A DNA stretch of 64,000 nt, from assembly GCA_964016885.1 (NCBI GenBank), contig OZ024742.1:29822001-29886000 (forward strand). Reading direction: 5' to 3'. Made by a program: the position numbers and the translations under genes. The notes under the pieces were generated by a model. It ran no database searches. It saw only the letters and a list, made by a program, of their open reading frames with translations, and was not told the DNA's origin. This stretch comes from Eledone cirrhosa (taxonomy: Eukaryota). Of this stretch, positions 25,561 through 39,366 are shown one piece after another. Within the stretch, counting starts at the first letter, position 1. Every line of letters starts with the position of its first letter.

Positions 25561-27670
25561 CTTGAATCTCGGTCATTGATGTTGGTTAACTGGAAAGTCC
25601 GTTGGATTGAATATCAAGCCACTACCTGCAGCCTCATATATTCAGGACGTATCGGAGGGTTCTTGCTGTTCCAAGCAAGCATGCCTTTTGAAGCGTTCCA
25701 AAAAGCGTGAAGGGGCCGATTTTCTTTAACCATCCCTGGAAACTTTTGGAGATAGTCCCCAGTGCGCCTATGACAATCGGGATCACTTTGACTTCATGGC
25801 AGTTCCAAATCCTTTTCACCTCCCACTTTAGGTCCTGGTATCGGTTAATTTTCTCCCTCTCCTTCTCTTGCACTCTCGTGTCGAACGGGCAGGCCACATC
25901 CACAATCAGACACGATCTTTTTTCTTTGTCCACAACCACCAGGTCAGGTCTATTGTGTTCCAGTTTTTTGTCCGTCTGTATCCTAAAATCCCACAGCACC
26001 TTCACCTGATTGTTCTCCATCACCGCCTCTGGCCTATGCTCATACCATTTCTCAGAATGTGGTAAATTGTTTACTTTGCACAGGTGCCAGTGGATCACCC
26101 TGCCCATCACATCGTGTCTCCAGCCCTTATAGTGGGTCTGGGCTAGGTGTTTACACTCGGACACAATGTGAGCCACAGTCTCCTCTCTCTCTCCACAGAT
26201 CCTGCACAGTGGGCTAGCCTCCTCCTTGTAGATATGGTGCTTCAACCACTTCGTTTTGAGGGCCTGCTCCTGCGCAGCCATTAGCATTCCTTCTGTAGCC
26301 TTTTTGAGGTCTCCTCTTCTCAACCAGTTCCATGTCTGTGGATCTCTAAATTCAGTTTTCTCAAAGAAGGTACTATGAAGGGATTTTCCCTTAAGGCTGC
26401 TCTTCCTCCTTGATGTTATTTCCTCCTTGGACATCCCCTGGCCTACTGTCCCCTCCTTCAGTACAGTTCTGAGCATTGGCTCCTTACTATAGGTCACGTA
26501 TTTGTATAGGTTGTTTTTCTCCATCTGAACACAGTCCTCTATGCTGATAAGACCTCTTCCACCCTCAGATCTCCTTAGGTAGAGTCTATCGACATCACTC
26601 CTCTTGTGGAACATGTTGTAGATAGTCAATAGCTTCCTAGTCTTCCTATCCATTTCTTTTTGTTCAGCAACATTCCATCTCAGAATTCCCGCACTGTACC
26701 TAATAATAGACACAGCTCGGGAATTTACTGCGCTTATGGCATTTCTGCTGTTCAGATGTGACTTCAATACGCTCCTTACTCTCCGAATGTATTCAGTTCT
26801 TAACAATTCCTTCATTTTTTTGTTCTTTATGCCATCAGCCTCCAGAACGCCCAAATACTTGTATCCTTCCTCAGAGTCAATTTCCTTTATCATCTCACCT
26901 GTTGGTATCTGGATCCCGTTACTTCTGCTCAACCTACCCCTCTTCATCACAATGACTCCACATTTACCAATACCAAACTGCATACATATATCACTGCTGA
27001 AAATACGGACAGTGTCAACAAGCACATCCAACTCCTTCTCACTTTTCCCGAAGAGCTTAAGATCGTCCATGAAGAGGAGGTGATTGATGGTAAGCTCTCC
27101 CCTTCCCAACTTGTATCCTGCTCTCACTTTTCGCAGCATAATGGTCAAGGGCATCAGGGCAAGGACAAACAACAGAGGGGACAGGCTATCTCCCTGGAAG
27201 ATACCTCTCTTGATCTTCACGCTTCCCAAGGATACACCAGTTGATGTCAACTCTGTCACCCAGGACCCCATACTCCTGCCTAGCAACTGTCTGATGTTAT
27301 CTGCCACCCTGAAGATCTCCAGGCTTTTGGTGATCCAGGAATGAGGCACCATGTCAAATGCCTTTCTGTAGTCTATCCATCCCATGGCAAGATCAGTGTG
27401 TCTCCTCCTGCAATTCCCCATTACCATCTTATCAATAAGTAACTGGTCCTTTGTACCACGTGACTTCTTTCGGCATCCTTTCTGTTCGTCCGGTAACAAG
27501 TTGTTTGTGTGGAGGTGATGGTAGATTTCCTCAGACACAATGCTCGTCAACAGTTTCCACATTACGAACAGACATGTGATAGGTCTATAGTTGGTAACAT
27601 CATTACCCTTGATTCGGTCTTTCATTATCAGAACTGTGGTACCTTTTGTCAACCACTCTGGCACCTCACC
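25561..27670 (-). mobile_element. 5'-truncated R4/Dong-type LINE; open RT, zinc knuckle and RLE frame at 25634-27664
   Basis: [64 protein letters not shown]. (TAA)n on both flanks. Confidence 0.92.
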
Positions 27671-27719
<49 letters not shown>

Positions 27720-27720
<1 letters not shown>

Positions 27721-27906
27721 AGGGCGGTGGATTGGCAGTATCGGTAGAGGGTCGGACGCCATGCTTTCCAACATGGTTAGGTCCCTTAACGATCTGAGTT
27801 CAAATCCCGCAGAGGTTGACTTTGCCTTTCATCCTTACCGGATCGATAAAATAAAGTACCAGTAATGCACTGGATAATTGCTGGCCTTGTGCCTAAGGTA
27901 GAAACA
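27720..27906 (+). mobile_element. tRNA-derived SINE
   Basis: Close copy of 25342-25523 with an (ATT)n tail. Confidence 0.85.
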
Positions 27907-27936
27907 ATTATTATTATTATTATTATTATTATTATT

Positions 27937-30900
27937 GAATGCCATGGTTGACGGAGGCCCGGCTCTGTAAGGTATTGGAAATTTTGACCGCTATAACAAT
28001 TGTAAATTGTTTAAAACTTTAACCAAATTGTAGACAAAAACACCCTCCTCCTCATGAGTGGGGTCTTTCTGCCCGTTATTTGGCCCTTCGGGGTTAAATA
28101 ACCGCTTATTGGGGTTTTGTGCCCAATATTTATTTTAAACCCCAAAAAAACATGGCTACGAAAAATAATTTTCCCAAGTCACTCCCACTCATTCCGTCTT
28201 CTTCTTCCTCAATCGTCACTACAGCAGAGAGAAGATTGTCTCTCTCCCACCCTTCTCTAAATGTGTCTATCTCCCTCCCTTCTCTTTCGCAAGCGACGCC
28301 AGTAAAGAAAAATAGCTTCCAAAATCACGTGCAAAGCATGGAACATTTCTCCACGACGACGACAACGACGAAAAAGGTGTGCGGTAAATACGAAAACCCA
28401 TTTCATTCGTCTGACGTCATGAATAATAGCATTAGCAGCCGTAATAACAGCAGCAACAGCAACAGTGACAAGGAAAACAACAGTAGCAGCCGCAACAGCA
28501 TCAGCAGCAGCATAAACAACAATAGCATTAGCAGCAACAGCAACAACCACAGCAGCAGCAGCAGCAACAACAACAACCACAGCAACAGCGGCGGCAGCAG
28601 TAGTCGTAGTACCTGCAGCAACAACAAAAGTAACAGCAGCTCTGACGACAACAACAACAACTACAACAGCAGCAAAGAAAAACCAATTTCGTTTGCAGGT
28701 ATCGCAAAGAACCTGGAAACCATCCTCATAATAAATGAGGAATTACAGGAAGCGAAGAAGATGGTGACGAAAACCGAACACCGAGCAATCTGCAAGGCAG
28801 CCGAAAAATTTTTCGACACCCAACAGCACTGTACGGTCACGTACCGTACAGTAAGCACAAAATCCCGTAGGGTTGAAAGAGCCATAGAGGCTCAAATACA
28901 AAAAGCGTTAGGGTCTGTGTGGCAGCGGAAAACGCATATCACCCGAGGCAAGAAATATACCACCGTAGACGTGCTTTTTGCCACACTCCAGGAGGCAAAG
29001 GCTCAATCCTTAGTGACCCTAAGGAGCGAGGAAATCGTGTTGGTGCCCTTCTACTGCGGGCAAAAAATTGTGAGGGTCAAACTGACCCACGTCCCCCCCC
29101 CCCCCCCGGGATGGCCCCTTCTTGGCTGGCCGCGTCTGTCCTCGTCGGAATCGAGGACAAAACAACTGTACTGCAAGTACAGAAAAGAGTAAGAGAAGAT
29201 TGGGTCGGCACCTCCATTGAGATGTTAATCCAAACCAACCAGGAGTGCATCGAAGCTATCCCGGATGTGATAGACTTCGATAAGGGCACTCAACTGCCCA
29301 TAAGTGTTGCGGGCAAACGCCCGAAATGCTTTCGCTGTGAATCGAAGACTCACCTCAGGGCCTTCTGCAACGAGAAGACCCTGAGAAAGGAGAAAACCCC
29401 CCTCCTTCCGAAACCGGCTCCACTGCTACCAGCAACAGGACAAGCGGCAACCAGGAACGATAGGTCCGTGGCACCCATACCAACGCCACGGAAATCAAGA
29501 ACAGCAGCAGCAGTGGAAGTATTAACAACAAAAACAGTAATACCAACTGCAGCTCCAACAGAGACTCCACTGCAAACATCACCAACAACAACAAATGAAA
29601 GAGTGGAGCTGGTACCCCTCCCCGACCTCTCAGAATCAGACATGGAGTGTGAGGTGGGAGAGGGATGGCAAAAGGTCGCAAGAAGGCACAAACGCAGAAG
29701 CCTTCGAAAAGGGAGGAAAGAAATTAAAAAAGGGTAAAGGCTACTGCAAAGATACTCACAGCAGCAACACCACCAACATCATCACCACCCACATTAGCAC
29801 CACCATCAGCACCGGCGACAACCTCATCGCCAACAACAACACCTTCAACACCACCACCACAAGCACCAACATCGCAAACACAACAACAAAACACACACAC
29901 CCAGCAACAACGACAAGAAAATAGCAAAACCACGGCCCACCCCCAGAAAAACAAATGCACGGCAATAAATACACACAACAAGAAACTAATGACTTACATA
30001 ATTGAACACACAGACATTTCACAGCACGACTACATAATACCAGCACCAATCAAAACACCAACGAACATAAGACTGGTAAGAATAGCACAGAAAAAATACA
30101 CAAACATTAAAACGAAATTCCCAACGCAGTTGGTGATTTCAGAGCCCTATGAGGGACTCTCAACCGGAAAGTATATTCGGACATACTCATAGAAGAGCCG
30201 ACGACCAGCCGAAGGGACGATTCAACGGTCCCTTCACCAGACGATCAAGTGAAAAGGGATGGAGAAACCATCCTTCCTCTACGAAAAGTACGGTAAGTGG
30301 TCTTTCCCATCTTTTCCACTCCATTTCAACATGACCTCACTCAGAATAGGCAGCATAAATGCGCGTGGCTTGGGATCGTCATGGAAGCAGGGCCACCTGC
30401 TCAACGACCTCAGGTCACTAAACATAGATGTAGTGGCCATCAGCGAGACCAGATTCTCAAAAGCACGGGCCTTCGCACCGATCTTCGGCGGCTACGATGT
30501 GTACGCATCTCCCAGCCGTCCTGGATCGGGGGGAGGAGTTTCTGTGCTTTTTCAGAGAGGTTTGGATCTCGCCATACGGGCCATCTTCCTGGACCCAGAG
30601 GGTAAGTTGGTGGTGCTGGAAGTGACCAGCAGAGACGGGCAAGCTTTCAGGCTAGTGGCCGTCTATGCCCCGACAGGAGCAGGGCGGCCTGATTTCTTCC
30701 GGCGTCTGGAGACCTTTCTTGGAACGTCCCGCTCTTTAGTGTTAGTGGGCGACTGGAACGGGATCTTAGATGCATGCTGGGACTGTGTGGGATTAGCGGA
30801 TAGGGGAGGAGGGTGCAAGAGCCTCGCCAACCTGCTCAGGCATTTTGAACTGTCTGACAGGTACCGATTAGATTTCCCGAATGTGCCAATGTGGACTTGG

Positions 30901-33900
30901 ACAAATCGTATAGGGTCATCCAGATCATATCTAGATTGAGTATTTTGTAGGGAAATAGATAGGTCTAGCATAGGCTGTCCACAATTCAAGATAGTCAGCT
31001 ACACGGACCACAAATTCGTGATCTATGTGCTTGACTTAGATAGGCTTCATAGACGAGGACCCAGCTACTGGAAGCTAAACGCGTCCTTACCAGCGCGCAA
31101 TGCCTACAGAGACCGGATTAGCGTATTAATTAAGCGGGCATTGACGGGGGCGGGCGTCAACAACAGGTGGTGGTTCGCCCTGAAAAGGGCAATTAAAGTA
31201 GAGTCGATTAGGTTTAGCAAAGGAGTAGTGATAGAGGAAAATAGAGTAGAGTGAGAGCTAGTCAGAAAGCTAGAAGAGGCGTTTCGGACAGGCATCGCAA
31301 CCGAGGTGCTTGCAGTGAGATTGGCACTCGACCAAATCTTCAACGCAAAACACGAAGGCTGCGTTGTCAGAGCTAGAGCGCGTGCTCTGAAACACGAGGG
31401 GACAAAAGCCGTCCAATGGGCCCGGGTGGCAGAGGCGCGACGTGGCAATAAAGCCACAATTCGGTCTTTGTCTGACCAAAACGGGTGCGTGATGCTCGAA
31501 CCCGAGCGGATGTGTGAAGCTTTTCAGCAGCACTTTGCTGAACTGTTCGGGAGCGGCGGCGGCCCGGATCGGGGCATAGACTTCAGTGCATACCTCGACG
31601 GACTGCCTCGGCTCTCGACGACCGCAGCACAGTGTTGCGAAAAGCCAATAACAGCCGGTGAAATACGGGCAGCGATGGCTAACTGCACAAGAGCTAAATC
31701 GCCAGGTTTAGATGGTCTGCCCTACGAGCTTTATGCATTTATGCCAGACTTGTTCGGTGACCTCTTGGCAGACGTCTACTGCAACTGGCAGCAGAACGGG
31801 AGCATTCCCAGTTTTGTGAGCCGGGGAGCAGTGACGCTGCTGAGAAAAGACCCGAAGAAGGGGGATGTTATTGATAATTTAAGGCCCATAACCCTGCTAA
31901 ACGCAGAGTTCAAGATTTTCGCCAAGGTGTTAGCAACGAGGTTGGCGCTTGTCGTCAAGGGTCTGGTGGGAGAGGTGCAGACATGCGCCATCCCGGACAG
32001 ATCCATACACGACAACCTCCACCTCATGCGATACATCATAGAGAGGGTGGTTAAAGAACCTGGCAGGGGTGGGGCTCTGATCAACTTGGATCAATCCAAA
32101 GCATTCGATAGGGTCGACCATCGGTACCTGGCGGCGGTCCTCGGGGAAGCCGGTTTCGGGTCCGTTTTCAGGCGTTGGATCGCAGCAATGTACAGCGACA
32201 TCTGATCAGTTGTGAGGATGAACGGTCAGCTGTCGCAGCCGTTCAGCATCATGCGCTCAGTCCGCCAGGGTTGTCCCCTCTCGTCCCTCTTGTACGTATT
32301 GGCTCTCGAGCCGTTACTGCACAAACTGGGGGCGATGAGGGGCGTCCCACGCGAACTAGGATGCGGGAAATCCGAGTCGGCTTACGCTGACGACGTCACC
32401 GTGGTGGTGTCGAGCACCAGACACGTCCAGATGCTCGGCACCGCGCACAAGGAATACGAAACGGTGACAGGAGCAAAGATAAACCAGGAAAAGTCGGTGG
32501 GCTTGCAGCTAGGCACCTGGAGAGGCAAGTCCATGCCGTCCGACAGCGTCGTGGGGCGTTGGACGGACGGACCGGTTAAATTGCTCGGGATCTGGTTCGG
32601 ACCGGACCTCCAGATGGAGAAAAACTGGAACGAGGTGACGAGCAGGGTGGCCTGCCTCACCCAGAAATGGGCTGAGAGGAAGCTGTCCCTGAAAGGCCGG
32701 GCGGAAGTGGCAAATGCGTACATCGCATCCGTCATCTTCTACCGCCTCACCGTCGTCCCTTGCTCCAGCCCAACTCTCACCAAAATGGAGCGCCTCCTCT
32801 TCCGCTTTTTGTGGAAGGGACGCGCTCCCATGGTCAGACGATCCATCTGCTGTCAACACCCGTTGCGTGGAGGACTGGGCATGCCATGGCTGATGATGCG
32901 CAAACATGTGCTGAGGCTGCGACATCTCTGGTACTTCCTTGATGGTGAACGGGTGCGGTCGCCGTACGTCAGGCACATTTTCCCACAGCTCGTCTTGACG
33001 GAGCTGCAGTCCTGGGTCAGAAAAAGACCGAGGGATAGCGCTTGGAAACTGGAATGTCTCCAGGCGCTTACTGCCCTCTCCCAGTTGGGCACCAGTATCG
33101 GTGGAACATCCACCTCGGCGTTCTATAGAGGACTAGTGGAGGGGAAGAGCGAGGACGTTCTCGGAGAGATCCTGGGCGTCGAAGAAGATCAGCTGCTTGC
33201 TCTCTTCCGGAGAACTTTCAGCCCGGGGCCTATGGATAACTTCCAAAAATCTCTGGCCTGGCAGTGCTGCCGGGGAGCGCTGCCGGTTCGAGATAAGCTC
33301 TACAGGCACGGAAGTGCCGTAGCCGAGCCTGTCCGAGATGCGCGCATAGCGACGAAACCGTTGTGCACGCACTCGTTCAGTGCCCGAGCATTGCTGATTT
33401 GTGGAGCTATGTCGAACAGTTGCTGTCACGTGTAGGACTGATCCGGTTGTCGACTGAGTCCATTGTGCAGATGGTCTCGCCGTCTTCCTTTGAGGAGGAA
33501 GGGCAGGCGGTTTTCATCTGCCTGGTGGCCATGGCGAAAGAGATTGTGTGGTGGACAAGGTTAAAAGGATTAAAGACAAACACTTTCCTCTTCGGCGAAT
33601 CCCTGATTAACTTTTTCAAGTTTAACTTGAAGACGAAAATCAGGGTGGAGAGGCAAGTGCTGCTTTCTAGCAAGTTTGTTGAAAGGTGGGTGAATGTAGA
33701 GAGAATGGTCCGAGTGAATATACGTCTGTAGTTTGAGAGATGGAAAAATTGAGAGAGGGCGCTTGCCCTGGTAGTCAGGGTGGCCGTGGTCTTTTGTGTG
33801 GTTTTCGCCACGAGTAACCCTCGGAGGTTTCCCCGCTATTTGGGGAATTTTTTATTGTTTCAATTTTCATTTTATTGTTTATATATATATATGTTTTATG

Positions 33901-34020
33901 TCTTTTTTCTTTTCTTATATAAATAATAAAAATATTTACATGCACAAAACCCACATCGTACCGTCCTGTTCCGTCTGTGATGTTTTTCTTGATGTCAGCC
34001 TTGTGACCAATAAAGAAATC
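27937..34020 (+). mobile_element. Second Tx1/L1-group LINE, near full length, disrupted
   Basis: Frameshifted ORF1 from ATG 28152 with CFRCESKTHLRAFC knuckle. ORF2 is homologous to 17585-21013. AATAAA at the 3' end; (ATT)n on both flanks. Confidence 0.9.
30331..33731 (+). pseudogene. ORF2 (APE-RT) pseudogene
   Basis: MTSLRIGSINARGL...YADD... with in-frame TGA at 30937, 31252 and 32203, and a frameshift near 33320. Confidence 0.9.
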
Positions 34021-34021
34021 A

Positions 34022-34052
<31 letters not shown>

Positions 34053-34160
34053 TATTATTTCTACTTTTGGCACAAGGCCAGCAATTATCCCAGTGCATTA
34101 CAGTGCAGTACTTTATTTTACATAAACGAAAGATATATTTACTTTATATCATCTCTATTT

Positions 34161-34235
34161 ATTTCATTATATATATTTCGAAGATGCAAAGTTTTATGTA
34201 TAACCTAAACTAGAACATGTCTCTTCAGACAAAAT
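34161..34235 (-). ncRNA. Hammerhead motif, weak stem II
   Basis: ATTTTGT-CTGAAGA-GA..TC-GAAA-TATATA-TA^ATGAAAT. Its 3' half matches the motif at 10907. Confidence 0.55.
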
Positions 34236-34305
34236 ACATATCAGATGTATAATTTTTCATGATATACTGGTAGCCAAACGAGCTGGACATATCGGTGACC
34301 ACCAA

Positions 34306-34352
<47 letters not shown>

Positions 34353-34689
34353 TATTGAAATTTCCGTAGAAATGTATCTAATACCCTGTTTTTAGTGTAC
34401 CTGCCAGACAGAGAATCACATCATGTCTGTCTGTAGTTTACAGATACACAGATACACTAGCCCTAACACATATATTTACGCAACACTTTTTCACTATACG
34501 TACACATTTGTACATACACACGTATGTACATCTGTGAGCGTATATACATACATATACACACACCTAACTATATTTCTTGAAAGTTTTTTATATATTTCAT
34601 ATGGCTATTGTAATTCCTTTGTTTATATTTATATATAATTTTTTTTGCTTTTCTTGATGAGACTTTCCAAGTATTTAGCCATGTTTTAT

Positions 34690-34767
34690 ATTGCCTCGTC
34701 TGACGAACGAATGAAGACGTTTCTTTCGTATTCGCCTCATTCGGGAAACCTCTGGTAATGAGGTAAT
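34690..34767 (+). ncRNA. Type I hammerhead ribozyme
   Basis: ATTGCCTCGT-CTGACGA-A CGAATGA...TCATTCG G-GAAA-CC tct GG-TA^ATGAGGTAAT, with a 10-bp stem I. Confidence 0.8.
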
Positions 34768-34824
34768 TATATTGTATTGATTTTTATACATTATATATAT
34801 ATATATATATATTTAATATAGAAA

Positions 34825-34875
34825 GGCTTCTACAGGAATAGAACTGTTTCATTCGGGAGAAATCATCAGGAAGCC
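34825..34875 (-). ncRNA. Type I hammerhead ribozyme
   Basis: GGCTTC-CTGATGA-T TTC tccc GAA T-GAAA-CAG ttctattc CTG-TA^GAAGCC. Confidence 0.8.
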
Positions 34876-34952
34876 GCCGTGTATATATATATATATATAT
34901 ATATATAAATGTAATCTGAGTAGTAGAGCGATATCTTTTGGGCAGTTATTAT

Positions 34953-35112
34953 ATTGGCAGTATTGGTAGAGGGTCGGACGCCATGCTTTGACGCATAGAG
35001 TTACGGCCCTTGCCATTCTGAGTTCAAATCCCGCCGAGGTTAACTTTGCCTTTCATCCTTACGGGGTCGATAAAATAAAGTACCAGTAATCTACTGTGCC
35101 AAATGTAGAAAC

Positions 35113-35117
<5 letters not shown>
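34953..35117 (+). mobile_element. tRNA-derived SINE
   Basis: Same head, B-box and core. Confidence 0.8.
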
Positions 35118-35157
<40 letters not shown>

Positions 35158-36344
35158 CCAACTATGGTTTAAATAGCCCCACCAACCTGCAATTGGCTAA
35201 GTGTGGTGAGTATTAAGCTACATCCCTGAAGACATGACTATGACCAAACAGAAAGCGGCAGAAGTCAACCAAGGTGGGGTTTTCTCCAACAGGAATGAGA
35301 AGGCCCTGAATTCTATTAGAAATATAGTTGGTTAGATTCAATACTACATATCACCTTCTCCAATTCCTGACCTTTCGTTGCTAAAAGTTAGAAAGCAATT
35401 TGTAAGTTGGTTCTACCATATTTGTTGATCTCTCCCGAGTTAAGTGGGTGTGAGTTTATTACGTAAATTCCTCCATAAATTTTAGATTATAACTTTGATT
35501 CCTAACAATAATACGATAATCCTCTATAAAATACGTCTAGATCGATATTTTTACTACAATTGTCTCTTCCAATATTCATATCATTTCCATTTTCAAATAT
35601 TTTTAGTTTGTTTTCTTATTTCTTTCGTATTTTTTTTATTTTTGTTTTTTTTTGTATTTTTATTTTTTTTGTATTTTATATATTTTTATTTTTCATTTTC
35701 ATTTTTTATCTTTTATTTTTTTATATATATTTTTATTTTATTTTATATATTTTTTTATATATATTTTATTTTTTGTTATATTTTATATTATATTTGTTTG
35801 TGCTGTTTTATCTCTCTTATATTTTATTCCTCTTTCCTACTTTGTCGGTCTCCTACCCACTGATCTTTTTAGAGTTCTTGTAAACAACTATACAGTCAAA
35901 TAATGTTTTCTCACGTAGTTAACACCGGTATTAGCATTCTACAAGACTTGCACTTCTGTTGCGCGTGATTTTTAATCCAGTTACAGTCGTTGGTCTTAAC
36001 CACCTCCTCTTATTTTGCCTTCATTTTCCTCTTTATTTTTTTTTAGGTTTAGGTTTAGGTTGTTGTTTTTCTCTCTCTTTTGTGGTCTTTGTTGTTGTTT
36101 TTATTATTGTTATTTTTGTAGTTGTTTTTGTAGATGTTGTAGTTTTTGTAGTTTTTGTTGTGGTTGTTGTTGTTGTGGTGGTGGTTGTAGTTTTTGTCGA
36201 GCTTTTTGTTGTTGTTCTTCCTTTTCGTCTTCTTCTTCATTGGGCTTCCGTTCCTTTCCAATCCATTGCCCTATAAAACCCTACTTTACTCATAAAGGGA
36301 GAGAGGGAGAGAGAGGGAGAAAAGAGAGAGACGGAGAAGAGAGG

Positions 36345-36391
<47 letters not shown>

Positions 36392-36709
36392 AGACAAGGT
36401 AAGAAATAAAGTTGCAGACAATAAATAGATATAGAGAAAGAATGTGAGAAATGACGAGAGTAAGACGAAGGTGGGTAGAGTGAGAGAGAGAGGGAAGAGA
36501 AAGTACATCTGTTAGAGAGGGGTTGGGACAGAGAGAAAGGAAGACAGACTAATGGAGGTAGAGTGAGAGAGCGTACATATGTAAGAGAAGTGGGACCGAG
36601 AGAGGGAGAGAGACAGATAGACAGACAGACAGACGAATGAAAGATATAAAAAATAGAGACAAGGAGATAGATATATAGAGAGAGGGAAAGTATGAGAGTG
36701 AGAGGATAG

Positions 36710-36750
<41 letters not shown>

Positions 36751-37386
36751 AAGCTGGAGAAAGTTTGAGAGAGAGAGAGAGAGAATAAAAGCGAGCATAA
36801 GAGAGATACATACTCATGAACACACACATACACATACATACATACTTATACGCACGCTCATACACACATATATACACATATAGTCACAAATACGATACGT
36901 CTGTAAACACACACACATACATACCTACACACACATATTCACTCACATACACAAACAAACACATACATCCACACTTACATAAACACACTCATACATATAG
37001 AGCTCCGTCCACATACAGGCACACACAAACACACATACACATGTACACACTCACATACATACACATATATACACCACCCACATTTAACTATGCACAGACA
37101 CACACATAGACACATAGCCCCACCCCCTCCCACACACACAGACATACACACATATACCCCCCCCCCCAAACACATATATATATAGACTCCCACACACTCA
37201 CCCACCTACACACAGACACACACAGATAGAGCCCAGTCACACAACCCCTCACACACAGACACACAGACACACACAGAGACTGACATACAGACACACAAAC
37301 CCACAGAGACACACCGACACACACACACACACACACATACCACACACACAAAGACACACCGAGACCTACGAACACACACATACACC

Positions 37387-37418
<32 letters not shown>

Positions 37419-37744
37419 GACACACATACAGACGTACAAACACACAGAGACACACATTCACACATATATATACATAAATTTATTTTTCACGTTTCATTCT
37501 TTACTTTAGGCTAATTAGTGCGACCTCATTAAATGCCGTGTCGTTTATCTCTGACAGTCAATGGTGGCTTTTTACTGTTAATCTTACAACGACGTCGTAA
37601 ATACGTCATACATCATAGCTACATTACGTGTTGTGATTTAGATGTTGCGATTAGATGTAGTCAACAGGTCAGTGGACAGGCAATGGCCAAATGGATAAGA
37701 GGTTTGCTCCGCAATCATTAGATTCTCAGTTTTGTTTCGATCCA

Positions 37745-38740
37745 ACTCTCGTGTCATCGTGGACAAACAAATATTATATGCTACATACAGCCTCGGCTAG
37801 ATCTAAGCCTTGTTCCTCGAGTCATTTTGGGCAAATATGATTTATACAGCCTCAGCTATCCCCAATCCTTGTTCTTCGTGTCATTTGGCGTAAATATGGA
37901 GAACATGTCATTTATTGATTTCTGATTTAGGCACAAAAGTAGGAGGGGAAAAGTCGATCAAATCGACCCCAGGAAAATACTGGTACTTCATTTTATCGTC
38001 CTCATACGGATGAAAGCCAAAGCTAACCTCGGCAAGATTTGATCTAAGATCGCAAAGGGGCATAGCTCTATACCATAAAGCATGTTGTAGGACACTCTAC
38101 CGATACTGCCAATATTACAACTTCATCTAAACCCAAGCCTTGCCCCCTCCTGCCATTTTGGGCAAATATTATTTACTCCAGCTACTTCTAGACCCAAACT
38201 TTGTTCGCGTTATTTTGGGCAAATATTATTTACCCCAACCTCTGCTAGACCTGGGGCTTGACCCTCATGTCATTTTGGGCAGATATTATTTACTAAAGCT
38301 TCGGTTAGATCCAGTCCTTGTCCCTCATATTGTTTGGGGTCAATATTATTTACTCCAGCTTCTGCTTGACCCAAGCCATATCCTTCGAGTTATTATGGGA
38401 AAATATCATTCACTAAAACCCCGGTGAAGGTACATGGCTTAGTGGTTAGAGAATCGGATTCACAATCGTGAGATTGTGAGTTCGATTCCCGAGTCGAGTG
38501 ATGCCTTGTGTCCTTGAGTAAAACACTCTATTTCATGTTGCCAAGTATTACGACTGGCAGATAGTACCAGCAATTGGAAAGACCAATGGAAACATTATTT
38601 CTTTGGTCCGGCAAGCGAATGAGGACTGGGGTTCCGTCGTTCGTTCTTGTAACTGGAACTGGAAAGCCTCAAACTTTGTTCCTCGTGTGATTCTTGATAA
38701 ATATTATTTACACTACAGCCTCAGCTAGATCCATGCTTTG
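37745..38740 (+). repeat. About 60-bp minisatellite interrupted by two SINE insertions
   Basis: TTTTGGGCAAATATTATTTAC at exact 60-bp spacing from 38155 to 38410, with further units near 37760-37890 and 38690. SINEs lie at about 37915-38113 (-) and 38427-38545 (+). Confidence 0.8.
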
Positions 38741-38874
38741 TGAATAACATTGCGTCGACTGAAACTGTGTAGATGCCCGTTGGATTGAATGAACTTGTAA
38801 CTGAAAGGGCTAGTCACACAGTGAGAATTACTACGCGAGACTGGGGACTACAGTAACATATCAAATCCCCTAAA

Positions 38875-39212
38875 CATGGCCGAATGGTTAACAAGTTCGC
38901 TTCGGAATCATTAGGGATCGGGTTCAATCCCACAGCGTGGCATCTTAGGTAAGTGTCATTTACCATAGCTTCGGCTCAACCAACATGGAATTTGGTAAAC
39001 GGAAACTGTTTGGAAGCCCATTGGATGGACTTGCATCTGAAACCCAAGGGGGCAGCCATGTCCCACACTGTATCACGCTGAATCTCCCTGAGAATTACCT
39101 CTAAGGGTACACGTGCAGTGTGATGCTCATCCACTTACCCACGTCAATTTCATGAGCAGGCTGTTCCGTTGGTCGAAAAACTGGGACGCTCATCGCCGAA
39201 ATCAACGGGGGT
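38875..39212 (+). mobile_element. tRNA-derived SINE of a second family
   Basis: A-box TGGCCGAATGG and B-box GGTTCAATCCC. The 3' part resembles 9565-9735. Confidence 0.7.
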
Positions 39213-39326
39213 CCATTGTGTTCAAACGTGAATTTGTGTGAGATTATATTTTCAGGGAGATGCAGTTTATTCACAGCTGAATTGTAATTCACATGCATAC
39301 ATGTATTTGTGCCTATGTATGTGTGC

Positions 39327-39363
<37 letters not shown>

Positions 39364-39366
<3 letters not shown>

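Noticed and set aside
38427-38500. tRNA-like sequence with A and B boxes
   Set aside because: No acceptor stem; it continues into SINE body sequence.
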